Source: an uncultured Ignavibacteriaceae bacterium
GTDB lineage: Bacteria; Bacteroidota; Ignavibacteria; Tepidaquicellales; Tepidaquicellaceae
Assembly: GCA_964472195.1 (NCBI GenBank)
Contig: CAYYJH010000001.1
Coordinates: 10,461 to 74,460 of the forward strand
Direction of reading: 5' to 3'
DNA length: 64,000 nucleotides
A program made the translations under genes and the position numbers. The notes below the pieces were generated by a model, which saw only the letters and a list, made by a program, of their open reading frames with translations, was not told the DNA's origin and did not search any database. Shown here piece after piece: positions 39,056-49,995 of this stretch (positions are counted from its first letter, which is position 1; each line of letters opens with the position of its first letter).

Positions 39056-40858
39056 TTATCTGATAAAGAAATATCTTGCTTCAGGGTGATGTAAAATGAT
39101 CGCATTTGTGGATTGCTCTGGAACCATTTGAAATTCTTCCGTTAATGTTATACCTATTCTTCCGGGTTTTAAAATTTCAAACAACTGTTTGTTGTCCTCG
39201 AGATTAGGACATGCGGGATAACCAAAGGAATACCTTGATCCTTGATAACCTTGCTGGAACAACTTTTTGATTATATCAGAATCTTTTAAATGAATGTTCA
39301 ACTCTTTTCGAATTATTTTATGCCAGTACTCAGCGAGTGCTTCAGCTGTCTCTACTGAGAAACCATGAAAATAGAGATATTCCTGGTATTTATTTTCCTT
39401 AAAAAGTTCTTGAGAATATGTCGTTGCATCTTCTCCCACAGTTACTATCTGAAAAGCTACGATATCTGTTAAACCTGAACCTTTTGATTTAAAGAAGTCG
39501 CTAATACAAAGATGCTTTTCACTATCCTGTCTTGGAAATTTGAATCTGTGCCATTCTTCAAAAGCATCCGCTTTAATGCTTTTGTTTAATTCAGTTGGTT
39601 CAATATTTTCCCATATTGAATGTAAGTATTCATTGTTAACATTCTTCGGTTTTAATATCATCAAATCATCCCCTTCAGATTGACATGGGAAATATCCGTA
39701 AATTAATTTTGGTAAAAGTAATTTCTCGTTTTCTGCTTTAAGTTTTAATTCTTCGAATTTAGGATAAATTTCTTTTTGCAACAATTCTTTATAAGTATCA
39801 TCTGATTTTGATTTATCTTTGAATACTTTCCAACCTCCTTTAAACAAAGCTGTTTCGTTTATATAAGTATATACATTTTCCAGGGGAACGTTATCAATTA
39901 TTTTACTGCCAAAGAATGGGGGAGTAGGAATTGGAGCGTTTGTCGAAATTTTAGATTTAGTAATCGTTCCCCGAATATTAGCCACTTTTGATACAGTTTG
40001 TTTTGACTCTGTCTTCTTATCGACTGAATTATCTACTCCTGCTTCTTTTGTTTGATTTCTAGGATCAGAATAAATTTTTAAATTGGGTTTTTCACCTTTC
40101 TTCTTATAATTCAATATTTCTTCAATGTATTTGAGACCATCAAATGCATCGTTAGCATAATATACATCACCTTTGAAAATATTTCTAAGGTCTCCCTCTA
40201 CGTATCTTTTTGTCAAAGCTGCCCCGCCGAGAATAACGGGAATGTCATAACTTCTCTGGTTCATTAATTCGAGGTTATCCTTCATAATTGCTGTTGATTT
40301 AACGAGTAATCCGCTCATACCAATTACGTCTGCTTTATGTTCATCAAATGCTGATAGCATTGTTTCGATAGGACATTTGATGCCTAAATTTATTACTTTG
40401 TATCCGTTATTTGTTAGAATGATATCAACAAGGTTTTTACCAATGTCATGAACATCTCCCTTAACAGTTGCCAGTACAAGAGTCCCCTTTGAGCTTTCTC
40501 CTTCCACTTTGTCTATAAATGGTTCAAGATGTCTTACAGCTACTTTCATGCATTCAGCAGATTGAAGAACAAAAGGGAGTTGCATTTGACCAGAGCCAAA
40601 TAAATCTCCAACGACTTTCATACCCCCTAAGAGAATATCATTTATTATCTTTAGAGCTTCATATTTTTTTAAAGCTTCGTCAAGATCTGTTTCGATACCA
40701 ACTTTATCCCCATCTATGATTCTTAGCTTTAATTTATCTTCGATTGAGACGACTTTTTTTTCATTTTTTACTTCATCAGTATCAATCTTACCTTTATAAT
40801 AGGACATTAACTCAATAAGTGGATCGTATGTACATTTACGCTTTTTTTCTTCGGGCAT
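39056..40858 (-). CDS. metH: Cobalamin-dependent methionine synthase, C-terminal modules only (B12 cap + B12-binding + AdoMet reactivation domains)
   Basis: GDVHDIGKN (DxHxxG) with SGLL and GGA blocks of the B12-binding Rossmann domain. The C-terminal activation domain has GYPACPNLEDN and PEQSTNAIILHHPEARYF. No homocysteine- or pterin-binding domains are encoded. Confidence 0.85.
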   Translation of the reverse strand: MPEEKKRKCTYDPLIELMSYYKGKIDTDEVKNEKKVVSIEDKLKLRIIDGDKVGIETDLDEALKKYEALKIINDILLGGMKVVGDLFGSGQMQLPFVLQSAECMKVAVRHLEPFIDKVEGESSKGTLVLATVKGDVHDIGKNLVDIILTNNGYKVINLGIKCPIETMLSAFDEHKADVIGMSGLLVKSTAIMKDNLELMNQRSYDIPVILGGAALTKRYVEGDLRNIFKGDVYYANDAFDGLKYIEEILNYKKKGEKPNLKIYSDPRNQTKEAGVDNSVDKKTESKQTVSKVANIRGTITKSKISTNAPIPTPPFFGSKIIDNVPLENVYTYINETALFKGGWKVFKDKSKSDDTYKELLQKEIYPKFEELKLKAENEKLLLPKLIYGYFPCQSEGDDLMILKPKNVNNEYLHSIWENIEPTELNKSIKADAFEEWHRFKFPRQDSEKHLCISDFFKSKGSGLTDIVAFQIVTVGEDATTYSQELFKENKYQEYLYFHGFSVETAEALAEYWHKIIRKELNIHLKDSDIIKKLFQQGYQGSRYSFGYPACPNLEDNKQLFEILKPGRIGITLTEEFQMVPEQSTNAIILHHPEARYFFIR

Positions 40859-40871
40859 TAGTATTTTTAAA

Positions 40872-40908
40872 TTAAAAAAAGCATAAACAAAATATTTAAT
40901 CTATGCTT
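40872..40908 (-). terminator. Possible weak intrinsic terminator after the P-type ATPase gene
   Basis: On the minus strand: AAGCATA, a 16-nt loop, TATGCTT, then TTTTT. 7-bp stem and a long loop, ending only about 13 nt before the metH-fragment ATG. Confidence 0.3.
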
Positions 40909-40944
40909 CAAATAAAATGGAAAATATACAAAAAATCTACAAAC

Positions 40945-43374
40945 TCAACTTCTCATGAAAATATTTTCTCTGAGTTTTTGTAAAAAGAAAAGACTTAATG
41001 AACCAACTATGCTGACTATAAAAATTATTAACCAGTATTCTGTAGAGACGTAATTAATTTCGTAAAATAGTTTTATTAATTTGAAAACAGAAAAGTCAAT
41101 TTTTATAAAAGCAAAAAACATATATAAAGAAATCAACATGAGACCGTATATGAAATAGAATTTAGTTCTTTCAACAGCACTGATTGCCACTGTTATAAAA
41201 TTTGCTATAGAGATAAAAATCATTATTGTAACCATAATCATTTCTAGGTCAAGTCCAGTTGGGTGAAAAAGTTTTTGTGTAAGATAGTAACCCAAGTAAC
41301 CACCCGATATGATTATGGCAGCGGAGATTGATATAAAAGAAAATATATCTTTTAGGAAATTCTTACATTTGCTAACATTCTGATTTTTTAAAGCGAGAAC
41401 CAATGCTGGCAGTCCTATAGCAAATATGTTAAGTAATGCAACTCTTCGTGGTGTAAGTGGAAAATCAAATAGAAATATTAGTGACACAAGACTCAGATAT
41501 ATAACCATAAAATTTTTGGTTAGAAAAAGTTTTGCAACTGAGTTTACTGTATTAACTATCTTATTGCCTTCGTTAAATATTTGAGGTAGAAGTGAAAATT
41601 TATTTTTTAGCAACACAATATCTGCAACTTCTTTTGTAATTGCGCTTCCTTCTTCCATGGCAATGCCCATGTCAGATTCTTTTATTGCTGGCAGGTCGTT
41701 TACACCATCACCGATCATTGCCGTGTAAGTTTTTTGTTTACGTAAAGATTTTATTATCCTTAGTTTATGCTCGGGTTTTAACCTGCCAAATATTGTTTTA
41801 TTATTAATAGCAGATGCAAACTCAACATCGTTGAGTGAATCTAATTCATTCCCTGATATAACTTCATCTTTTCTAATTTCCCAGCCAATCTCTTTAACTA
41901 CTGCTAATATAGCTTCTGTAGAATCACCTGATAAAATTTTGAACTTAATCCCATTGTTTTTGAAGAGCTCGATTGCTTCGAAGACATCTCTTCTAACAGT
42001 ATCAGAAATTGATACGATGCATATGGGTTCAATATTTATTGTTTTTGAATCTTTTCGAATGCTTTCAATTGAATCTATACTTCGAATTTTTCCAAAAAGA
42101 AGATTTCTGTATAAACTCAAATTACTTATTTCATAACTATTAACTACATTTTCCGTTAAGTTATTTTTAACCTGTTCTAGTAGAATGTCATAACCTCCTA
42201 ATACGAAATAATATTCTTTATTATCAATTCTCATTTTAATAACACTCATCTTTGCAGCTGAATCAAATGGCATTTCATCAATATATTCTGCTGTTTCATA
42301 GTAATCAAAATTTTCTAATGCTCTTATAGTTGCATTTTTTTCAGTGGAGTGTTTGCAGTATGTTCCTAAAAGCTTTTCAATATTTGAATCTGATAAGTTA
42401 TCTGAAAGATTTGTGACTTTGTGAACTTTTAATTTGTTTTCTGTTAATGTACCTGTTTTATCCATACAAACAATCTGGACATTTGAAAAGGATTCGATTG
42501 CATTTAAGCGTTGAATAATTGCTCCAATTTTACTAATTCTGTAAACTCCAAGAGCAAATGTTACTGAAGCAAATAATACGAGACCCTGAGGGACTAATGA
42601 GATTAAAATGGTTGCAATTTTTCTAATGAAATCTGCGTCAGTTAATCCTGTTACATTTGAATGGTTAAATAAAACTTCCAGCAATACGAGTATTAAAGCT
42701 ACTCCGAACATTACTTTCAGAATTAAATTTATCTTCTTTTGTAAAGGAGTAAGAATAAATTTAAATTTTTTTGCAAGGTTTGTTACTGAATAGGCATAAC
42801 TTTGTTCACCTATTTTTTCTGCTTTGAAGTAACCTCCTCCTGAAACACAGAAACTACCCGATAATATCTCATCACCTACCGTTTTGCTAACCGGAATTGA
42901 TTCACCCGTTAGTAAGGATTCATCTATTTCGATATAATTAGTATGAATGACTTTACCGTCAACAACTGCCTGATCTCCTCGGTTCAATTTAATAATGTCG
43001 TCCAAGACAATTTCTGTTTGCTCAATGAGTTCTTCATTCCCTTGTCTAACGACACAAACCTGTCTTTTCAAGAGTAGGTTTACTTTGTCAAGAGCTCTTT
43101 TCGATTTTATCTCCTGGAATATAGCAATAAATGTATTCGTAACACCGATTGTAAATATACCGATTGAATCTAATAATAACCTTATATCATTATATTTTAA
43201 ATAAAAGAAAAGAACGAATAAAATTATTCCGAATATTATGAAGTTGAAGAGAGAGAAAATGTTCTCTATAAATATTTCATTAAGAGTTTTTGTTTTAGCT
43301 CTGGAAGCTTTATTGCTTAAACCATTAGAGATTTTTTCATCAACCTCTTTATTTGTTAGTCCATTTATTTCCAA
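40945..43374 (-). CDS. Cation-transporting P-type ATPase, specificity unknown
   Basis: TGES (LTGESIPV), phosphorylation motif CMDKTGTLT, and hinge MIGDGVNDLPAIKESDMGIAM. No N-terminal metal-binding domain or CPx motif. The TM4 motif is VPQGL. Confidence 0.9.
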   Translation of the reverse strand: MEINGLTNKEVDEKISNGLSNKASRAKTKTLNEIFIENIFSLFNFIIFGIILFVLFFYLKYNDIRLLLDSIGIFTIGVTNTFIAIFQEIKSKRALDKVNLLLKRQVCVVRQGNEELIEQTEIVLDDIIKLNRGDQAVVDGKVIHTNYIEIDESLLTGESIPVSKTVGDEILSGSFCVSGGGYFKAEKIGEQSYAYSVTNLAKKFKFILTPLQKKINLILKVMFGVALILVLLEVLFNHSNVTGLTDADFIRKIATILISLVPQGLVLFASVTFALGVYRISKIGAIIQRLNAIESFSNVQIVCMDKTGTLTENKLKVHKVTNLSDNLSDSNIEKLLGTYCKHSTEKNATIRALENFDYYETAEYIDEMPFDSAAKMSVIKMRIDNKEYYFVLGGYDILLEQVKNNLTENVVNSYEISNLSLYRNLLFGKIRSIDSIESIRKDSKTINIEPICIVSISDTVRRDVFEAIELFKNNGIKFKILSGDSTEAILAVVKEIGWEIRKDEVISGNELDSLNDVEFASAINNKTIFGRLKPEHKLRIIKSLRKQKTYTAMIGDGVNDLPAIKESDMGIAMEEGSAITKEVADIVLLKNKFSLLPQIFNEGNKIVNTVNSVAKLFLTKNFMVIYLSLVSLIFLFDFPLTPRRVALLNIFAIGLPALVLALKNQNVSKCKNFLKDIFSFISISAAIIISGGYLGYYLTQKLFHPTGLDLEMIMVTIMIFISIANFITVAISAVERTKFYFIYGLMLISLYMFFAFIKIDFSVFKLIKLFYEINYVSTEYWLIIFIVSIVGSLSLFFLQKLRENIFMRS

Positions 43375-43407
43375 ATTTATTTTGGAGTTTTAAGTTATGA
43401 TAAAATG

Positions 43408-43420
43408 TAACCTAAGGTTA
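43408..43420. promoter_or_regulatory. Perfect 13-bp palindrome TAACCTAAGGTTA upstream of the P-type ATPase gene (candidate operator)
   Basis: Read directly. TAACCT / A / AGGTTA lies 34-46 nt upstream of the ATPase ATG (43374). Confidence 0.25.
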
Positions 43421-43482
43421 TGGTATATAAATAATGACTTTGAGAAATGAAATAAAGAATATAATCAGTTCATGATCGAAAA

Positions 43483-45099
<1,617 letters not shown>

Positions 45100-45139
45100 T
45101 TATATTTGTTTTTCTTTCTAAAAAAGTTCGTTGTTAATT

Positions 45140-45631
45140 TTATTGGACTTTTGCATATACCTTCGAATTAAAAAACGTATTCCCTTTTTTATGGCACTTT
45201 TGGAGAAGTCCTTCATATTCAAACCCTGTTTTTAAAAGTACATTCTCGGATTTTATGTTTTCCTCAAAAACATACGCAAATACCCTTGTTAATTTTAAAT
45301 CTTCGAAAGCAAATTCGAGAATTTTATTGATTGCTTCAAACATAAATCCTTTACCCCAACAAGGTTCACCAAGCCAATATCCTAACTCAGCGGAATGTTC
45401 ATACCTTTTGTGTAAACCTATTCCTCCAACGTGTTCTTCTTCGTTTTCGATTGCATACAAAAAATCTCTGTTATGTCTTTTAACAACTTTACAATGATTT
45501 ATCCACCATTTCGCATCTTTCTTTGTGTATGGATATGGAACCATCACTAACCAATCTGAAACATTTTTGTTATTTAACAGATTAATCAGTGAATCAATGT
45601 GTTTTTTGGAATAGTTTACAAGTTCTATCAA
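45140..45631 (-). CDS. GNAT family N-acetyltransferase (RimJ/RimL-like)
   Basis: 163 aa, WGKGF acetyl-CoA loop and the Acetyltransf_3 pattern. 4-nt overlap with kdsB. Confidence 0.8.
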   Translation of the reverse strand: MIELVNYSKKHIDSLINLLNNKNVSDWLVMVPYPYTKKDAKWWINHCKVVKRHNRDFLYAIENEEEHVGGIGLHKRYEHSAELGYWLGEPCWGKGFMFEAINKILEFAFEDLKLTRVFAYVFEENIKSENVLLKTGFEYEGLLQKCHKKGNTFFNSKVYAKVQ

Positions 45632-46404
45632 TGTTTTAGTAATGCTTTGATTTTCTTTAAATCATCTTTAGTATCAATCGAAAAAGAATCTTTATTAGTG
45701 AGAACAACTTTTATCCTCTCACCATTTTCAAGTATTCTTAACTGCTCAAGTAATTCAGTTTTTTCTAAATATGATTCTTTCATCCTTGCAAATTTTAATA
45801 AAAATCTTTTTCTGTAAACGTATAATCCTATGTGTTTATAAAATTTTTTTTCTTTTGGAATAGTCTTTAGCTTTTTTAGATTATTACCTCTATCTGTTCT
45901 GTTAAAAGGAATAACTGCTCTCGAAAAGTATAACGCATTGTAATTATTATCAAATACAACTTTAACATTTCCCTCATCGTACAAATCCTTTATGCTTGAA
46001 AATTTGACGGCTAAGGTTGAAACATTGAGAGTGTTGTCATCAATTAATGGTTTTATAGCTTTATCAATAATTTTTGGATTAATGAACGGTTCATCACATT
46101 GTATGTTAACAACAATATCACATTTCTTGCTTTTCACGACCTCAGTAATTCTATCGGTTCCTGATTTATGTTTTTTTGATGTCATAACTGCATAACCTCC
46201 AAAACTTGTAACTTCGTTCAGAATTCTTTTATCATCAGTAGCGGCGATTATTTCCGAGATGTAATTTGATTTCTTTACTTGCTTATAAACTCTTCGTATC
46301 ATGCTTGTACCACCTATTTTGATTAGTGGCTTACCTGGAAGTCTCGTTGATTGGTATCTTGCCGGTATTATTCCTAATATTATATTTCTATTTCTTTTTT
46401 TCAA
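45628..46404 (-). CDS. kdsB: 3-deoxy-manno-octulosonate cytidylyltransferase (CMP-KDO synthetase)
   Basis: IIPARYQSTRLPGKPL, NIQCDEPF, EQLRILENG motifs. Confidence 0.92.
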   Translation of the reverse strand: MKKRNRNIILGIIPARYQSTRLPGKPLIKIGGTSMIRRVYKQVKKSNYISEIIAATDDKRILNEVTSFGGYAVMTSKKHKSGTDRITEVVKSKKCDIVVNIQCDEPFINPKIIDKAIKPLIDDNTLNVSTLAVKFSSIKDLYDEGNVKVVFDNNYNALYFSRAVIPFNRTDRGNNLKKLKTIPKEKKFYKHIGLYVYRKRFLLKFARMKESYLEKTELLEQLRILENGERIKVVLTNKDSFSIDTKDDLKKIKALLKH

Positions 46405-47083
46405 TCTTCATATGTAATTTAATCGTTTCTTTAATATCATTAACAAAATTTTTATCTTCACTATATTCAATTGGTTTACTAAAAACAACGTTTACTCTTC
46501 CCGAACTTATTTTAAATTTATTTCTTGGGAGAATTTGGTAACTTCCTGTAATTGAAGTTGGAACCAGTTTAACGTTTGCTTCCTCTGCCAAAACAAACAT
46601 ACCTCTTTTAAAAACACCGAGTTCACCATCTGAACTTCTTGTTCCTTCCGGAAATACAATAACCGAGATCCCTTTTTTGATTCGTTCAGAAGCCTTCCTT
46701 AAAGATTTAATCGCTTCACGTGGATTTTCCCGGTTTATCGGTATGTAACCCGATAAGTACATTCCCCATCCGAATATTGGAATTCGTGTTAAAGAACTCC
46801 TGTAGATGAACCTAAGGTTATTTGGTACTGCCTGCATTAAAACAGGAATATCAAAATAACTTTGATGATTGGCAATGAATATATAGTTTTCTTTTTTATC
46901 TAAAAATTTTTTACCATAAGTGTAAACTCTAACTCCTGCAATGAGTAGGATTCCTTTAGAAAATATTTTTGAGAAAACAAAAGTTATCTTACCTCTGTAA
47001 TCAATTGGACTAAAAATGATTACAAACGTAGCAATTATTATTGAAAATAAAGCAATAAAAAATGCTTTAATAGAGGTTAGCAT
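46388..47083 (-). CDS. plsC: 1-acyl-sn-glycerol-3-phosphate acyltransferase
   Basis: N-terminal TM segment, NHQSYFD (HX4D) and FPEGTRS motifs. Confidence 0.85.
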   Translation of the reverse strand: MLTSIKAFFIALFSIIIATFVIIFSPIDYRGKITFVFSKIFSKGILLIAGVRVYTYGKKFLDKKENYIFIANHQSYFDIPVLMQAVPNNLRFIYRSSLTRIPIFGWGMYLSGYIPINRENPREAIKSLRKASERIKKGISVIVFPEGTRSSDGELGVFKRGMFVLAEEANVKLVPTSITGSYQILPRNKFKISSGRVNVVFSKPIEYSEDKNFVNDIKETIKLHMKIEKKK

Positions 47084-47104
47084 TGATTAAAATAATTAAT
47101 CAAA

Positions 47105-47142
47105 CAATTATTTTAAAGATATATAGTTTTTTAAAATAATTG
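47105..47142. repeat. 13-bp perfect inverted repeat (A/T-rich hairpin) between the isochorismatase-family gene and plsC
   Basis: CAATTATTTTAAA (47105-47117), a 12-nt loop, then TTTAAAATAATTG (47130-47142). On the minus strand a T-rich run follows. Confidence 0.5.
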
Positions 47143-47163
47143 ATTGAATTGTGAGTTTATATT

Positions 47164-47706
47164 CTACTTGACTATTTTTGATATTGCTTTAAATGTCACA
47201 TTTCCTGATACTTCACACAATTCAAAAAGAATAGATTCATGTGTTGAAACTATTGAGCCTTCATTTCTCATTCTTTCGACTGCTATTCTTTTATCATTGG
47301 GATTCCTTGAGGAAACACAATCCTCTATCAATACTGGTTGATAATTGTCATCGAGTAAACCTAATACAGTTTGAAGAACACAAACATGAGATTCTATCCC
47401 AACTATAATAATGTTTTTCTTTCCAGAATTTTTGAGAGCTTTGTTAAAGCTGCGCAATCCACAGCAGCTAAATGTCATTTTTTCAAAGTGCGAGAATTTT
47501 CCCAAAGTATTCTGAATAGGTTCTATCGTACTTCCTAATCCTTTTGAATATTGCTCTGTTACTAATATATCAATGTTTAATGCTCTTAAACCTTTTATGA
47601 GTTTGATTGTGTTAGATGTTAACTTTTCATTTTCGAATATATATGGATACAATTTTTCCTGCATGTCAATAACAACAGCCAATGAATCTTCTTTTTTTAT
47701 TCTCAT
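47164..47706 (-). CDS. Isochorismatase-family cysteine hydrolase
   Basis: VVIDMQ (catalytic Asp region) and GIESHVCVLQT (catalytic Cys), 180 aa. Confidence 0.8.
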   Translation of the reverse strand: MRIKKEDSLAVVIDMQEKLYPYIFENEKLTSNTIKLIKGLRALNIDILVTEQYSKGLGSTIEPIQNTLGKFSHFEKMTFSCCGLRSFNKALKNSGKKNIIIVGIESHVCVLQTVLGLLDDNYQPVLIEDCVSSRNPNDKRIAVERMRNEGSIVSTHESILFELCEVSGNVTFKAISKIVK

Positions 47707-47728
47707 AGTACAAAGTTATTTTGTATGA

Positions 47729-49156
47729 TCAAAATAATCTCCAGATTATTGCAACGAAGAAACAAACAATAAAACCAAGTAATACAGGTAAAACAGCAGA
47801 GATGGTTGTCCACTTTACACTTTTCGTTTCTTTATAAATTGTGTACAGAGTCGTAGAACAAGGATTGTGGAGCAAACTGAACAACATAAGGTTTATACCT
47901 GTAAGAATTGTCCACCCACCTGCCTGTAAAATTAACGCTGTATCTGCTGCTGAATCAAGTTCGAACATAACACCCGTACCGCTTCCGATACCCGTTATGC
48001 CCGTCACGAGTATAGTAAGCATCAGGACTGTTGGAATTACAATTTCATTTGCCGGTATAGCAATAATATAAGCAAGAAGAATAACACCGTTTAAACCAAG
48101 CAGCAATCCAAATGGATTCATAAAACTAATTAGATATTGTGCAATGCTTTGATTCGCAACACTAATATTAGACAGTAACCAGATAACTACACCGGCAGGT
48201 ATCGCAAATATGACAGCACGCCAAAGTACAACGAGTGTACGGTCAATAAGTGATGTATAAAGCGTTCTTAAGATTCGGGGAGGTCGGTACGGTGGTAGTT
48301 CAAGGCTGAAAGCAGACGTTTCACCTTTAAGTATGGTTTTTGATAATCCATAAGAAACAATAAAAACAAACACAACGCCGATTAATACCACACTAACAAC
48401 GGCAGCAGCAGAAATTATCCCTGCAAAATGAGCCGGTGCAAGAGTCCCGATAAAAATTGTTGCGATTAAGATTTGTGTGGGCCACCGCCCATTGCACAAT
48501 GAGAAATTGTTAGTAATAATTGCAATTAATCTTTCACGGGGGCTGTCTATAATTCGTGTTGCAACAATTCCGGCAGCATTACAACCATAACCCATTGCCA
48601 TCGTAAGTGCCATCTTGCCATGAGCTCCTACTTTTCTGAAAAGACTATCCATGTTAAATGCAACTCGTGGCAGATATCCGTAATCTTCAAGTAGTGTAAA
48701 AATTGGGAAAAAGATTGCCATTGGTGGAAGCATTACACTAATAACCCATGCCATTGCTAAATAGGCACCGTCAAAAAGAAATCCATTTAGCCACCAGGGG
48801 AAACCTACTATTGTTCCAAAATCTTTTAATGCTGGATGGATAGTATCTATAAGTATAGAAAATAAAAAAGCGGAAGGGACATTTGCTCCCTCTATTGTTA
48901 GCCAAAATATTATCGATAACAATATAAGCATTATAGGAAATCCCCATAGACGACTCGTAACGATTCTGTCAATAGCCCGGTCAACATTAAATCTTGGTTG
49001 CTTACCTGATTTGATAATGGATTTATCAGCGATTCTATTTGCATCCTGGTAAAGCGCTTCTATTATCGAGTCATGAAAATCTTCGTTGAGATTCCACCTA
49101 AGATTATTCGCAGATGTTAAGATGGATTCAATACTATTTTCTTTTTCAGTGTTCAT
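47729..49156 (-). CDS. feoB: FeoB permease portion (membrane/nucleoside-recognition gate domains) as a separate gene
   Basis: [16 protein letters not shown] followed by about 8-10 TM segments typical of the FeoB C-terminal region. Has its own AGGAG-AAAC-ATG initiation site. Confidence 0.9.
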   Translation of the reverse strand: MNTEKENSIESILTSANNLRWNLNEDFHDSIIEALYQDANRIADKSIIKSGKQPRFNVDRAIDRIVTSRLWGFPIMLILLSIIFWLTIEGANVPSAFLFSILIDTIHPALKDFGTIVGFPWWLNGFLFDGAYLAMAWVISVMLPPMAIFFPIFTLLEDYGYLPRVAFNMDSLFRKVGAHGKMALTMAMGYGCNAAGIVATRIIDSPRERLIAIITNNFSLCNGRWPTQILIATIFIGTLAPAHFAGIISAAAVVSVVLIGVVFVFIVSYGLSKTILKGETSAFSLELPPYRPPRILRTLYTSLIDRTLVVLWRAVIFAIPAGVVIWLLSNISVANQSIAQYLISFMNPFGLLLGLNGVILLAYIIAIPANEIVIPTVLMLTILVTGITGIGSGTGVMFELDSAADTALILQAGGWTILTGINLMLFSLLHNPCSTTLYTIYKETKSVKWTTISAVLPVLLGFIVCFFVAIIWRLF

Positions 49157-49168
49157 GTTTCTCCTATA

Positions 49169-49963
49169 TCAAATTGTTTGATTCTGTTTAATATTGTCTT
49201 CGCTTACAAATTTTTTAAATTCATCATTTTTTAATGCTGATATTATTCTATGGTCTCCTTCCAATAATCTCATAGCAATCCAGCGAGCATTTGGCAGATC
49301 GGGGTATTCAGATTCTAATTGAATTGAGAGTTTATCAATTGTTTTTTTTACATTTTTGGGTTCCTTTATAGTTCGTAAAGGTTTACAAATATATTTACCC
49401 GTTGCAACATTGTGTATTGCGTTTAGTAAATCCTGCATTCCTGTGTTTTGTCTTGCAGCCGTAAGTATTACGGGAACGCCCAATTCACGGGAAAGTGTTC
49501 TCTGGTCAATTCCTATTCCTTTACGCTTTGCTTCATCTATGAGATTAACACATATAACAACTCTATCAGTAATTTGCAGTACTTGCAAAGCAAGATTAAG
49601 ATTTCTTTCTAATCTTGTAGCATCAATTACGACAACAGTCACATCCGGTCTTCCGAACAAAATGAAATCTCTTGCTACTTCTTCGTCAGTTGTTAATGAT
49701 AGAAGGGAATACGTTCCCGGTAGGTCAACAACTTTATATCGCTTTCCTCCAAAAGAAAATCCTCCTTCAGCTCGAACGACTGTCTTCCCGGGCCAGTTAC
49801 CCGTGTGCTGTCTTAGACCGGTAATATTATTAAATACAGTACTTTTTCCTACGTTAGGGTTTCCTGCTAAAGCAATAACGTAATCGTATGTGTTCATATT
49901 AACGCCGAGCTTTTTGAGACTTTCTGTATTGTGTATCGGGCAAGTTTCGCAGTTGTTTGTCAT
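49169..49963 (-). CDS. feoB: FeoB N-terminal GTPase (G-domain plus helical S-domain) as a separate gene
   Basis: IALAGNPNVGKST (G1), DLPG (G3), NLID (G4-like). Ends with TGA 12 nt before the permease ATG. Confidence 0.9.
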   Translation of the reverse strand: MTNNCETCPIHNTESLKKLGVNMNTYDYVIALAGNPNVGKSTVFNNITGLRQHTGNWPGKTVVRAEGGFSFGGKRYKVVDLPGTYSLLSLTTDEEVARDFILFGRPDVTVVVIDATRLERNLNLALQVLQITDRVVICVNLIDEAKRKGIGIDQRTLSRELGVPVILTAARQNTGMQDLLNAIHNVATGKYICKPLRTIKEPKNVKKTIDKLSIQLESEYPDLPNARWIAMRLLEGDHRIISALKNDEFKKFVSEDNIKQNQTI

Positions 49964-49995
49964 GATTAATTTTAATTTATTGGGTTCTTTTCTTT

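Noticed and set aside
40859-40944. A cobalamin riboswitch upstream of the metH fragment.
   Set aside because: Only 86 nt are available, which is too short for a cobalamin riboswitch aptamer plus expression platform. I see no B12-box-like sequence.
46809-46819. A second copy of the AACCTAAGGTT palindrome, shared as the 13-mer AACCTAAGGTTAT with the site upstream of the ATPase.
   Set aside because: It lies inside the plsC coding region. A single 13-mer recurrence within 64 kb is within chance expectation, so it does not support a regulon.
49157-49168. The feoB split as a simple nonsense or frameshift pseudogene.
   Set aside because: The break is at a domain boundary, both halves are intact over their full lengths, and the downstream half has its own AGGAG-AAAC-ATG start. 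A functional two-gene arrangement seems more likely. Read-level verification is still needed.
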